A DNA stretch of 64,000 bases from Lingula anatina (GCA_051362555.1 CM120645.1:3038001-3102000); one strand, 5' to 3'; shown: positions 55,604 through 62,514, counted from the first letter of the stretch. Notes: generated by a model not told the origin, from the letters alone. Made by a program: numbers and translations.

Positions 55604-57130
55604 TCCTATTCAGAGAGAGGAGAGAGAGTAATTTCAAAACACACTGACTATCTTTAATACAGAAATTATACCTATGTTAGACAAGAAGTACAGACATCTT
55701 ACAGAAATATGCAGGAAGAACCACAGGATATCAGTATAACAGGTTTATAACAGAACACTAACATATTGACTAGGCTAACAAACACAATTACACCAGTGAC
55801 CATTCTTTTACAATATACACAATAGACCCAATTCATATTTTAATTAAAAAAAAAAAAAAAACATATGCACATCAATTTTATACAAGTCTGGGTGATAATT
55901 ATCTCAATTTAAGTCTTAACTAATGAGCATGCTTTCACAGAGTACATTTTGTGTACATATAGTATTCAGACCGAAAATGGATATGAAACCACAAAGAAAT
56001 CATATATTCAAAATATATCTAATGTCAAGTAAGTTCTGAAAAATAGGTCTTTCTGAAAAGAAAAATGCTACCCAGGTCTTCTCTACAGTTCACAAATGGC
56101 AAATGACAGCAACATTTATTTTGATATATGTCACAGATTTGGTCCCTTTTTAATATACAGCAGGGTAATTCAAAAACAAAACAGGCACATTTATTTCAAA
56201 TGTTTCGTAACTGTTATTACACTTAGACATATGTAGGGTAAAATGTTGGAAGCGAGGGAGCATGCATCGAGGTAGCATGTTAGAAGGAAGGGGGTGGGGC
56301 AGGGATTGGGGGAGGGGTGACAGGGTGGGTGGGTAGGTGGGTGAGATTAGGGGAAGGTTTGTGATTTAGACACACCTCTTGCTGGTTAGAAAACAACAGG
56401 AAGCTCATATATATATATGGGAGGTACTAGTTTTCTTACCTCTTTCTTAGTCTTCAAGGAGAAAAAAAATAAGAACAATGGATGTAAGTTAACTGTGATA
56501 ACATAAGCTAAAACTTTTAGTAAAAGACTTCTTGTAGTCTATGTAAAAAGAATACAACATTTTGGAAATAATTTCTTTAGGATGACACTAGGTAAAGACT
56601 AGTAAGAAAGAAGCCATAGAAACGACACGAACTTGATGCTGCCAGCTGCGCATCCAACGTAGCCCCTTCAAAGATCTCAATCTAGGCAGCACCGCAAAGA
56701 GTATCAATATCAGTATTCAATGACATTCTGTTTGCTTGGCTTATCTAGATTTACTACAACCAGTCTACAACTTGGCTGGCAATTGCGAATAATATTCAGA
56801 AGAGCACTTTAATAAGTAGAGATACAGGGGCAGCTTGACAAAACACCGACGCAAAGGATCACCGTACCATATTCTGTGGAAAGTAATATTAGATGATTGT
56901 ATTATAGTCAGACATGTCTATAGATGAAAGTACTTTAAGGAGAAGAAATCTAGGAAGCTCAGCAGAAAGTATTGATATCTTTAAATAGCGTTCACTTTGC
57001 CAGTCTTATCAAGATTTGCTACTCGGATAAGGCTTCTGGGTGTATGCATTGAGTACATAATATACTGTAATTTGTGGTATGGAGTCAAAAGTACTTATGA
57101 AAAAAAAAAAAAAACATTAATGGACTGCCC

Positions 57131-57173
<43 letters not shown>

Positions 57174-57732
57174 TTTTGTACAAGGAGTGGAAAGAGTACA
57201 TGCATAGTATAAAACACATTGTTCAGTCAAATATAATGGAGGTTCACACAGATTTAACTCTCTTTCTTCTCCAAAATAATTAGATTTGGACTACAATGGC
57301 ACTGTTACATACCTTTTTTTATCTAAAGACAATACCTTCATATCGATATAAAAATGGAATGCAATGTTGCAGATTACAAAGTATTAACTATTCATGATTT
57401 TTTTTTGTGTGAAAATCTGTATTACAAGTAGTGATAATCTGTCTTAAATCAAATTACAATTCCCCTGTGAGGAAAATCTAAATTTAGAGACATATAGCAA
57501 AAACTATAGTTCAAATTTGCCAAAGCAAATGTTATCGTGTATACGGCTGAAGTGAGACTACAAAACCCGAGCGTCAGAAATACAACAGCCATTGAGTAAT
57601 CTACACAGTAAAGAGTTCAAAGAAACACAGCACTTACCCCATAATTGGTATATTCAGTGTCGAATGGAGACTGTCAACGGAGATAAGAAGAAGACATATC
57701 TGAAAAAGTCTTCTTTCTCGGAACGGCCACAT
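31..57732 (-). CDS. CACNA2D3: Voltage-dependent calcium channel subunit alpha-2/delta, alpha2delta-3/4-like; spliced, 3'-partial (11 coding exons in window)
   Basis: Exons 57638-57732, 30535-30616, 20949-21056, 12145-12204, 10251-10485, 7055-7186, 3644-3704, 1847-1997, 1211-1285, 853-942, 31-144 join in frame with GT-AG introns (1203 nt). Motifs: [75 protein letters not shown]. The symbol names the closest vertebrate paralogue, not proven 1:1 orthology. Confidence 0.95.
495..693. mobile_element. Degenerate fold-back MITE (GATCGATC family)
   Basis: Inverted ends attcccatagat..tagatcgatcta / taggtcgatctaatctatggaaat; interior similar to copies at 4777 and 22527. Confidence 0.65.
853..942 (-). 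CDS. CACNA2D3: alpha-2/delta exon 10, [30 protein letters not shown]
   Basis: 90 nt, phase 0/0, AL.EAF..L motif. Confidence 0.92.
1211..1285 (-). CDS. CACNA2D3: alpha-2/delta exon 9, [25 protein letters not shown]
   Basis: 75 nt, poly-T CAG acceptor, GTGAGT donor, C...TL.QA...NKE motif. Confidence 0.93.
1670..1826. mobile_element. Decayed copy of the 7921-8089 MITE
   Basis: Shares cagcaatttcaaaggg, gaccttt-cccagcaa and a decayed tggttatgaacctg end. Confidence 0.55.
1847..1997 (-). CDS. CACNA2D3: alpha-2/delta exon 8, start of VWA domain with MIDAS DSSGS
   Basis: 151 nt; [50 protein letters not shown]. Confidence 0.96.
3644..3704 (-). CDS. CACNA2D3: alpha-2/delta exon 7, [19 protein letters not shown]
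   Basis: 61 nt, phase 1/2, FDCR.R.W motif. Confidence 0.93.
4777..4998. mobile_element. Fold-back MITE (GATCGATC family)
   Basis: Nested inverted repeats gatcgatctatctcagaggggtttcttgc / gcaagaaccccctcggagaaggatcgatc and atgtctgtcacgcctactga / tcagtaggcgtgacagacat. Confidence 0.75.
5570..5814. mobile_element. Degenerate MITE
   Basis: Imperfect terminal inverted repeats (TIRs) gggtcatttcacaaaaaagtcaacatt / aatgttcacttttttttgcagaatgacccc. Confidence 0.55.
7055..7186 (-). CDS. CACNA2D3: alpha-2/delta exon 6, [43 protein letters not shown]
   Basis: 132 nt, phase 1/1, conserved WSE.LD.VF..N...DP.L.WQYFGS motif. Confidence 0.96.
7921..8089. mobile_element. 169-bp MITE with CAG..CTG ends and 5-bp target-site duplication (hAT-like)
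   Basis: TIR caggaccgtagccag / ctggctacgggcctg (14/15); TSD GTACA at 7916-7920 and 8090-8094. Confidence 0.85.
10251..10485 (-). CDS. CACNA2D3: alpha-2/delta exon 5 (VWA_N region), [11 protein letters not shown]...[16 protein letters not shown]
   Basis: 235 nt, poly-T CAG acceptor, GTAAGT donor, YYNA...HF...VN...S.VHVPT.VY motif. Confidence 0.93.
12145..12204 (-). CDS. CACNA2D3: alpha-2/delta exon 4, [20 protein letters not shown]
   Basis: 60 nt, phase 0/0, TAG acceptor and GTAAGT donor, RLVEAAEEA motif. Confidence 0.93.
13670..13858. repeat. Compound (CT)n microsatellite with four 24-bp ctcccttgctgt(ct)n units
   Basis: Directly visible. Confidence 0.95.
14569..14630. repeat. (TG)n microsatellite
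   Basis: Directly visible. Confidence 0.95.
15630..16186. mobile_element. 557-bp young fold-back DNA element with about 154-bp TIRs and TA TSD
   Basis: Arms 15630-15783 and 16034-16186 differ by 3 substitutions and 1 indel; flanks acTA|...|TAgt; appears inserted in an older MITE (about 15492-16316). Confidence 0.9.
17087..17152. repeat. (AAAT)n microsatellite
   Basis: Directly visible. Confidence 0.95.
18217..19497. mobile_element. Host GATCGATC-family MITE split by a nested insertion
   Basis: ttcacaatgaaa...gtagatcgatccaac on the left is inverted to gttggatcgatctac...tttcattgtgaa on the right. Confidence 0.7.
18357..19333. mobile_element. 977-bp non-autonomous DNA transposon, PIF/Harbinger-like
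   Basis: 34-bp TIR ggccacacttttttaattttatggatgacatcct (1 mismatch); 3-bp TSD TGA at 18354-18356 and 19334-19336. Confidence 0.85.
20949..21056 (-). CDS. CACNA2D3: alpha-2/delta exon 3, [36 protein letters not shown]
   Basis: 108 nt, phase 0/0, poly-T TAG acceptor, GTGAGT donor, resembles NMEEMFHKKSEAV of vertebrate alpha2delta-3. Confidence 0.9.
21370..21675. mobile_element. Kolobok-like non-autonomous element
   Basis: TTAA on both flanks (21366-21369, 21676-21679); 10-bp TIR GGAGGCTCTC starting with purines. Confidence 0.7.
22527..22748. mobile_element. Fold-back MITE (GATCGATC family)
   Basis: Shares gcaatttagcaagaaccccctcggag and tatgggaacccag with the 4777 copy. Confidence 0.75.
23911..24256. 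repeat. 24-bp minisatellite, about 14.5 copies
   Basis: Variants gaaccagcatttgggacaccaaat and gaaacagcatttggtacatgtact; open in several frames. Confidence 0.92.
24677..24754. repeat. (GT)n microsatellite
   Basis: Directly visible. Confidence 0.95.
25317..25364. repeat. (TA)n microsatellite
   Basis: Directly visible. Confidence 0.95.
27265..27543. mobile_element. Harbinger/Tourist-like MITE (cattcagaat family)
   Basis: Long imperfect TIRs cattcagaatagatgatccgagtactaactgatcca / tggatcagttagtacttggatcaactattctgaatg; TTA on both flanks. Confidence 0.8.
27735..27829. mobile_element. Partial inverted copy of the 7921-8089 MITE
   Basis: aaatttgacctaggtac...ggtccactttttcagaaaaagaccccccc...gctggctacgggcctg is the reverse complement of 7921-8012. 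Confidence 0.7.
28397..29234 (-). mobile_element. Non-autonomous Helitron/Helentron (DINE-1/HINE-like) element
   Basis: Minus-strand 3' end has hairpin ctgccactggc-ttaa-gccagttgcag (28404-28429) then CTAG (28399-28402); sub-terminal inverted repeats ggattcccc (28431) and ggggaatcc (29221); 5' hairpin ttcccc-tat-ggggaa; (ATA)n tract. Confidence 0.7.
30535..30616 (-). CDS. CACNA2D3: alpha-2/delta exon 2, [27 protein letters not shown]
   Basis: 82 nt, pyrimidine tract plus TAG acceptor, AAG|GTAAAA donor, conserved K-x-W at the start of the mature chain. Confidence 0.85.
32675..32936. mobile_element. Fold-back MITE (GATCGATC family), Harbinger-like
   Basis: Imperfect arms of about 85 bp (tcccattcccatag...tgctgagtgcaatcagct / agctgattgcactcagca...ctataggaatggga); TAA on both flanks. 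Confidence 0.8.
35314..35380. repeat. (TG)n plus poly-G
   Basis: Directly visible. Confidence 0.9.
38510..38641. repeat. Interrupted (CA)n microsatellite
   Basis: Directly visible. Confidence 0.9.
39190..39835. repeat. 35-bp minisatellite, about 18 copies plus degenerate 5' copies from about 39100
   Basis: Unit tcacatgtcatgaagtgtgtctggatttgttactg, head-to-tail with no spacers. Confidence 0.95.
40424..40668. mobile_element. 245-bp near-perfect palindromic MITE, PIF/Harbinger-like
   Basis: 116-bp arms with one mismatch, 13-nt loop, TTA TSD at 40421-40423 and 40669-40671, GGC..GCC ends. Confidence 0.92.
40848..40902. repeat. (CA)n microsatellite
   Basis: Directly visible. Confidence 0.95.
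41176..41393. mobile_element. Harbinger-like MITE (cattcagaat family)
   Basis: TIR ggggccattcagaataaa / tttattttgaatggtccc; TTA TSD. Confidence 0.8.
41820..41946. mobile_element. Partial MITE (cattcagaat family)
   Basis: cccactacaaag...ccatatttgacc...ctagtcccctattctgaatggggcc is closely similar to 52752-52876. Confidence 0.7.
43858..43918. repeat. (CT)n(CA)n compound microsatellite
   Basis: Directly visible. Confidence 0.95.
43940..44078. mobile_element. Short MITE with 3-bp CAG TSD
   Basis: TIR ggctccgtaact / agttatggagcc; CAG at 43937-43939 and 44079-44081. Confidence 0.65.
44976..45140. mobile_element. Truncated MITE (cattcagaat family)
   Basis: ggggccattcagaat end followed by a core shared with the 41176 and 15630 elements. 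Confidence 0.7.
47239..47411. repeat. Degenerate (TG)n tract
   Basis: Directly visible. Confidence 0.9.
50462..52719. mobile_element. 2258-bp non-autonomous hAT-like transposon with 5-bp TSD
   Basis: TIR caggggcgtaac / gttacgcccatg (11/12); TSD GGACT at 50457-50461 and 52720-52724; sub-terminal aaaattgtacgcacag near both ends; no transposase ORF seen. Confidence 0.85.
51832..52044. mobile_element. 213-bp GC-rich MITE with 5-bp TSD nested in the hAT-like element
   Basis: Perfect 14-bp TIR cagggccgtagcct / aggctacggccctg; TSD CATGG at 51827-51831 and 52045-52049; internal poly-G. Confidence 0.9.
54456..54493. repeat. (TA)n microsatellite
   Basis: Directly visible. Confidence 0.95.
55535..55602. 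repeat. (CT)n(CA)n compound microsatellite
   Basis: Directly visible. Confidence 0.95.
57131..57170. repeat. (AAT)n microsatellite
   Basis: Directly visible. Confidence 0.95.
57638..57732 (-). CDS. CACNA2D3: alpha-2/delta coding exon 1 (signal peptide) [31 protein letters not shown](G)
   Basis: ATG at 57732, basic-then-hydrophobic N-terminus, donor GG|GTAAGT, phase 2 matches exon 2; lies in a CpG-richer region. Confidence 0.8.
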
Positions 57733-59852
57733 TATCAACCGGCGTCCGAATGTCCAGCGTCTCTCTCAGTTTCCACTCGAGTCGAGGTGTGAAGATATGC
57801 GTGTCCAGTTAAGATTCACCACTTAAAGTGAGGTTAAATTCCTTAAAATCAGTGACTGCGTATCCCAAAGTTGATAAAGATCAGTGTAATAGTTATTCAC
57901 TATCCCCCTCAGCAGCACCTTGTACAATAGACAAATTCTAAGCTGAACTGGTAGCGTTATATTGATTGACTATAATCCCTTTATGACTATAATTGGTCCA
58001 ACACAAAACCATGCTGTTTATCCATAGAAAAAATATCAATAAGCTACACATGGATGTAGCCTGGTCCGAAAATTACTCAACATGTGAGAATAGCAAATTG
58101 AATCGATCTTAACTTCTTCTATGGGTAGATAGGCTGTTCGCTCAAGTCGAATCACCCACACATAGAGTGGAGACCAATGAATCGTGGCTGCATGTTATGT
58201 GGTTTGTCAGTGCATGGAAGAGTCTAACTCTGTCAATTCATCGCAGTAAAGCTGACGACACCTGTATCTATCGATGCTGCGATTTCCCCAATGTGCCAGC
58301 TACCTTGTACATGCATGCGTATTTATCCCATGGCTCCAAAATGTCAATTACATAAAAAAAATAATCCGGAAGCTGTCACAGCTAAAAAAAAACTACTGAG
58401 ATGTGAATTATAACGCAACAGAAATCCCCCTGTTCACTTCGTCACTGAAACACATACCGGTTAAGGTTAAAATATTAACCATGTTGCAAGAGTTAAACAG
58501 GACACGTTTAATAATTCATTGTATTGACCCATTGTCATAATCACTCATGTCAGAAGAAATGGTTCACAATACACAAGACACGTGAACACAAAAGTAGTGG
58601 TCACGCCCAATTTACGTTCTTGGTAATGACAACACAGGGATCGTTCGATAACATCAGAGTACAAAGAACTCAAAAACCTGCACACTTCATATACACTATC
58701 GATTTGGTCGAAAAGTGAAAGGGTAGGTAATGGACCGTCGTACGGTCGCACTTAACTGGCTAAAAGTAGCCACTGAAGCTAATAATTGTAACTAGTCTCC
58801 AGCGTGTTTTGCCACAAAAGGAATTCAAGGATGTAGCTTTAATGAACTTTACCTGGTTGTGAATTACTTGGATTCGACTGGTCACTTCATTAATACCTTG
58901 AAAACTTTAGGGGTGGCTCCCCCTTTCGGAGACAGCAGGCACTACATGCGCCCCCCCCCCTCACTCTCGCCCTCTAGGTGAATGACGTATAGGCTACCAG
59001 ACGAATAATTTTCCTAGAATCAGCCGTACAATAGGCGTGTGCTTGACAGTAAAGCACAACTATTAATATAATTGATATGTGCAGATATAATTCTTATCTG
59101 AAATCTTCATCAAATAATTATAGGGGTGTTTAATTATTAAACATTGTATAAAACTTATATTGTAAACGGGATTGTATAAAACTTATATTATAAACGCGTG
59201 CTAGTGCTGCAGTGCAAATTAAATCAATAATGTAAATTTTTCTTCCTTCTGTGAACACAGTGGCCATATGTCGCGGGATTAACTGTCGAGAGAAAAGCAT
59301 TCATAATGTTTCAGAAAACTCTCGCTTGAGTTCTATATGTAATGTCCCGTCAGTAAGAATGATAAGGCATTGTCTAATGTGTCTTTGCAATAAACTATGC
59401 ACTTGAAATCTGTTCACTGGGGACTCGGCCTACGGCGTATTAAACTGGCTAATTTCAAATTTTAAATATTCATTTGGCTTTAAAAGGTGGTGAAGCCCCT
59501 TCTCCCTCCCCTTCCTTTTCCTGCCATTAGGTCACATTATAATTGAAAAAAGTGAGAGGGCTAAGCCCTCCTCCACTCACTTATAACCTAGATCTGCCGC
59601 TAGTCTATGAGTTTAGAGAAGACGACAACAAGATATCGGTAGAATCATTCTCGAATTTTCTAAGAATCTTAATAAAAATTGTTTTTAATCAAATGTTTTC
59701 CGTATACGCAGGTAATACAGCCATATGTTTCAACTGAAGATGTTTCAAAAAAAGACGGCTGACATTTCGCGCCACCTTCTAACACTGCCGCACTCTTCAA
59801 CGTGTTACCATCTGTCGCGTAACGACGTGCACCCAAGCGCGAGCGCATCATT

Positions 59853-59899
59853 TGACGTGTCAGCATGACGTCATGATTTGACGTCATTGTCTCGTGACG
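59853..59899 (+). promoter_or_regulatory. Cluster of cAMP-response elements (CREB/ATF sites)
   Basis: Perfect TGACGTCA at 59866-59873 and 59879-59886, plus TGACG half-sites at 59853 and 59895, in CpG-rich sequence. Confidence 0.75.
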
Positions 59900-59995
59900 G
59901 TTGAAGATCGCGTTCGTGGTGCGTACCTTGAAGACGATACTCTCAGCAATAAAGAGTAGAAGTTCCAGAGTTTTTTTCGTAGAAAAAAGAATAAG
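59900..59995 (+). other. Putative non-coding first exon of the acidic precursor gene (5' boundary approximate)
   Basis: Strong donor AAG|GTAAGT after 59995, just downstream of the CRE cluster; matching acceptor TTTTCAG ending 60397, 7 nt before the ATG. Confidence 0.65.
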
Positions 59996-60404
59996 GTAAG
60001 TTTTTTTCTTATTTTGAGGTTTTTATATTTTACATTTGTGTGACGGTTTAGTTTTTGTTGAATTGTTATTTGATTATCCAGCCGAGAAGCGTAGATAATC
60101 ATGAAAAATCTGTCTCAGCACCAGCAGCACACCGATCTAGGCTCCATTCATATCTAGTCACCGATCATTGCACATGGGCATGTTCTGTTTTATTTTTCAT
60201 TCTTCAAAAATGCTTAACTTTGTTTTATATGCAAAATGTTACCGGTCTCCTTCAAAATTTTTTAAGCTAAACCAACGCAGAAAATTTTATAAAAGGAAAT
60301 AAGCCTGTGGCGGAATGGGAATCAAGTCGTGAACAGATAGCTTTTAATTTTATTTTAATTATTCATTTTAATTTCAAGAACATATTTCAATTTTCAGTGA
60401 AACG

Positions 60405-61438
60405 ATGCGTGTCCTAGTGATTGGAATTGCCTGCTTGGCACTAATTTACACAGTCTCTGCACAAGATGAACCTATGGGGGCAGACACCTCCGTCGACGTG
60501 CCGTCAGATGGGGATTCGATGGATCAGCAGGTAAGATCGACAATCGTGAAAGGACTACATTTTTTCTTTAAGTTTTGAAATGCAACTGGTCAATTTTTTT
60601 CAATACTTTTGTGTTTTACTTAACTTTATTTTATTCCATCTGTTAATTTTTTTTTTTTTTTTGGAAAATTTCAATCCGAAATTCTTCTGAATTATATCTA
60701 AAAAAGACAAAATTGAGGAGGTTTTCACCCCGCGAAGTAACTTAAAGTATGGGAAATATTTATTTCTCTCTCTGAAGCCTTGTGTAGTTATCCACAAAAT
60801 TATTCCATCACATAAGATATTACCAAGAGAACATTAATCAAATTGCTATACTTATGTTTAGTAAATGTATCAAATGATCGAGTCATTTTTTTCCATTCTT
60901 GTATTTTCTCGACACGTTCAAAATCTTTTTATTATTATTTATTTTTTTTTTTTGCAATTTACAGCTTGACAATACCTTAGGAAAACGTGATGTAAGCATG
61001 GACTACGATGATGATGATGATGATATCCGCAGGAAGAGGCAGTTGGAGGGAATTGACATCCCGTCACCAGCAAGCAGCCAAGATGAAGGCGAGACAAGCG
61101 AAACCGAACTTGTGCGAAAGCGCAGGGAGGTGCCGGCAGACATTGGAGCCCCTCAAGCCGAGGCTGATCTCCGCCAGAAACGCCAGTTCGACGATGACGA
61201 CGATGACGACGATTTCCTGCAAAAGAGGAGCATTTTTGATGATGATGATGATGATGACGACGACGATGACTTAATGGACACGGTGAGCAGGTCAAGGCGG
61301 TCACTGGACGACGAAGATGGTGATGACGACGGCGAGGATATTGATACTTTCCGTGAACGTCTGAGGAGATCCATATTAGACGATGATGACGACGACGACG
61401 ACGATGATGAAGATGTCGACGACGACGACGATGTTTAG
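60405..61438 (+). CDS. Unknown secreted Asp-rich prepro-polyprotein, 199 aa; join(60405..60530,60965..61438)
   Basis: Signal peptide MRVLVIGIACLALIYTVSA; donor CAG|GTAAGA after 60530; T-rich ACAG acceptor ending 60964; in-frame phase 0 junction; 7 basic cleavage sites; mixed GAT/GAC codons in the Asp runs; TAG stop at 61436-61438. Confidence 0.88.
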
Positions 61439-61572
61439 AAGTGAAGAGCATTTCAATTTGAAAAAAGGAAACTTACCCATCTTGGACTTGTTTATCAGTG
61501 CCACATGAAACTGTAATATTTGATAAGAACAAGTTGACAGATTGGTACGTTTGTAATTTTTTCAATGAGAAA

Positions 61573-61711
61573 AATAAAGAAAGAACGAACATTTTGTGCA
61601 GTAAAGACATAAACTTTTGGTTTACTGTGTGGGACTGCACTAAGCATAACATCGCATATGGCGTGAAGATTTTCTGGCAGGATTATGCAAATAGCTGCTA
61701 TTTTGAATAAA
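61573..61711 (+). terminator. Candidate polyadenylation signals of the acidic precursor gene
   Basis: AATAAA at 61573-61578 and 61706-61711, the second followed by GT/T-rich sequence. Confidence 0.5.
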
Positions 61712-62049
61712 GTGTTTTGTGCTTCTAATTATCATTTCATTGGCAAATGTGTCATGTTTTTTTTCTATTAAGAAATGTAAAGTTATAACTGTTTTAAAGG
61801 GTTTAGTACTAGTGTGGCTATTTTCTTTACAAGTAGCTTTTATCATAATGTAAATTCCACAATGTAAAGAATTGTAAAACGTGTAGTGTGCAGCTATATT
61901 AAAAATTGTAAAAAGTATATTTGTGTGGTCCTTTTAACTTCTAATTAATTTGTGGTTATATATTTTTTTTCAAGAAAATGCCACGGTTAATTGTCTTAAC
62001 CCAAATAATTTCCAATAATGACAGAATGTTAAAACATTCATATAAATAG

Positions 62050-62160
62050 CAGGGGCGGATCCAGGATTATTTGAAAAGGGGGGGGGGTCGCGGATGCTGA
62101 AGGGCCCCGGAATTTTTTGGTATTCTAGAGGGCGAACGATGCCATTTGGTACGGTTTAGT
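62050..62160. mobile_element. One end of a CAGGGGCGGATCCAGG-type MITE; the other end was not found
   Basis: caggggcggatccagg...aaaa(g)n start resembles the other CAG-ended elements in the window. Confidence 0.5.
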
Positions 62161-62478
62161 ACTATAAATCATACAGTCAAAATTATAATTCCAAGAGGGA
62201 AATTTTAGTACGATTTTGTTTCCAGTAACCGAATGGGGGGTTCATTAGCGCTCTATTTAAAAAGAAAAAAAAATCAAAAATACTACTTCATCGAGTCCAT
62301 TTGGATGACTGCAATAAGCAACAATTATGCAATTTTTGGAAAGAACTCGCAGCCCTGGAAATCCATTTTTGAGAAAGACAGCAAAGTACCACCGTTTGTT
62401 TAATCACTTTCATATTTTTGTCAATTTTATTTCACCCATCATACTGTAGGGAATTTTGCGTGTCCTTATGTCGGAATG

Positions 62479-62479
62479 A

Positions 62480-62514
<35 letters not shown>

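Noticed and set aside
60115-60135. TCAGCACC as a REST/NRSE site in the precursor's first intron
   Set aside because: Only the left half-site is present; the GGACAG half is missing.
60899-60964. ORF-track N-terminus MYFLDTFKIFLLLFIFFFCNLQ as the precursor's signal peptide
   Set aside because: It starts at TTG and is the translated polypyrimidine tract of the intron; the upstream ATG exon at 60405-60530 gives a proper signal peptide in frame.
60939-61451. Antisense and alternative-frame ORFs (His/Arg-, Ser- and Met/Thr-rich)
   Set aside because: Shadows of the GAY-rich coding strand, with no splice or signal support.
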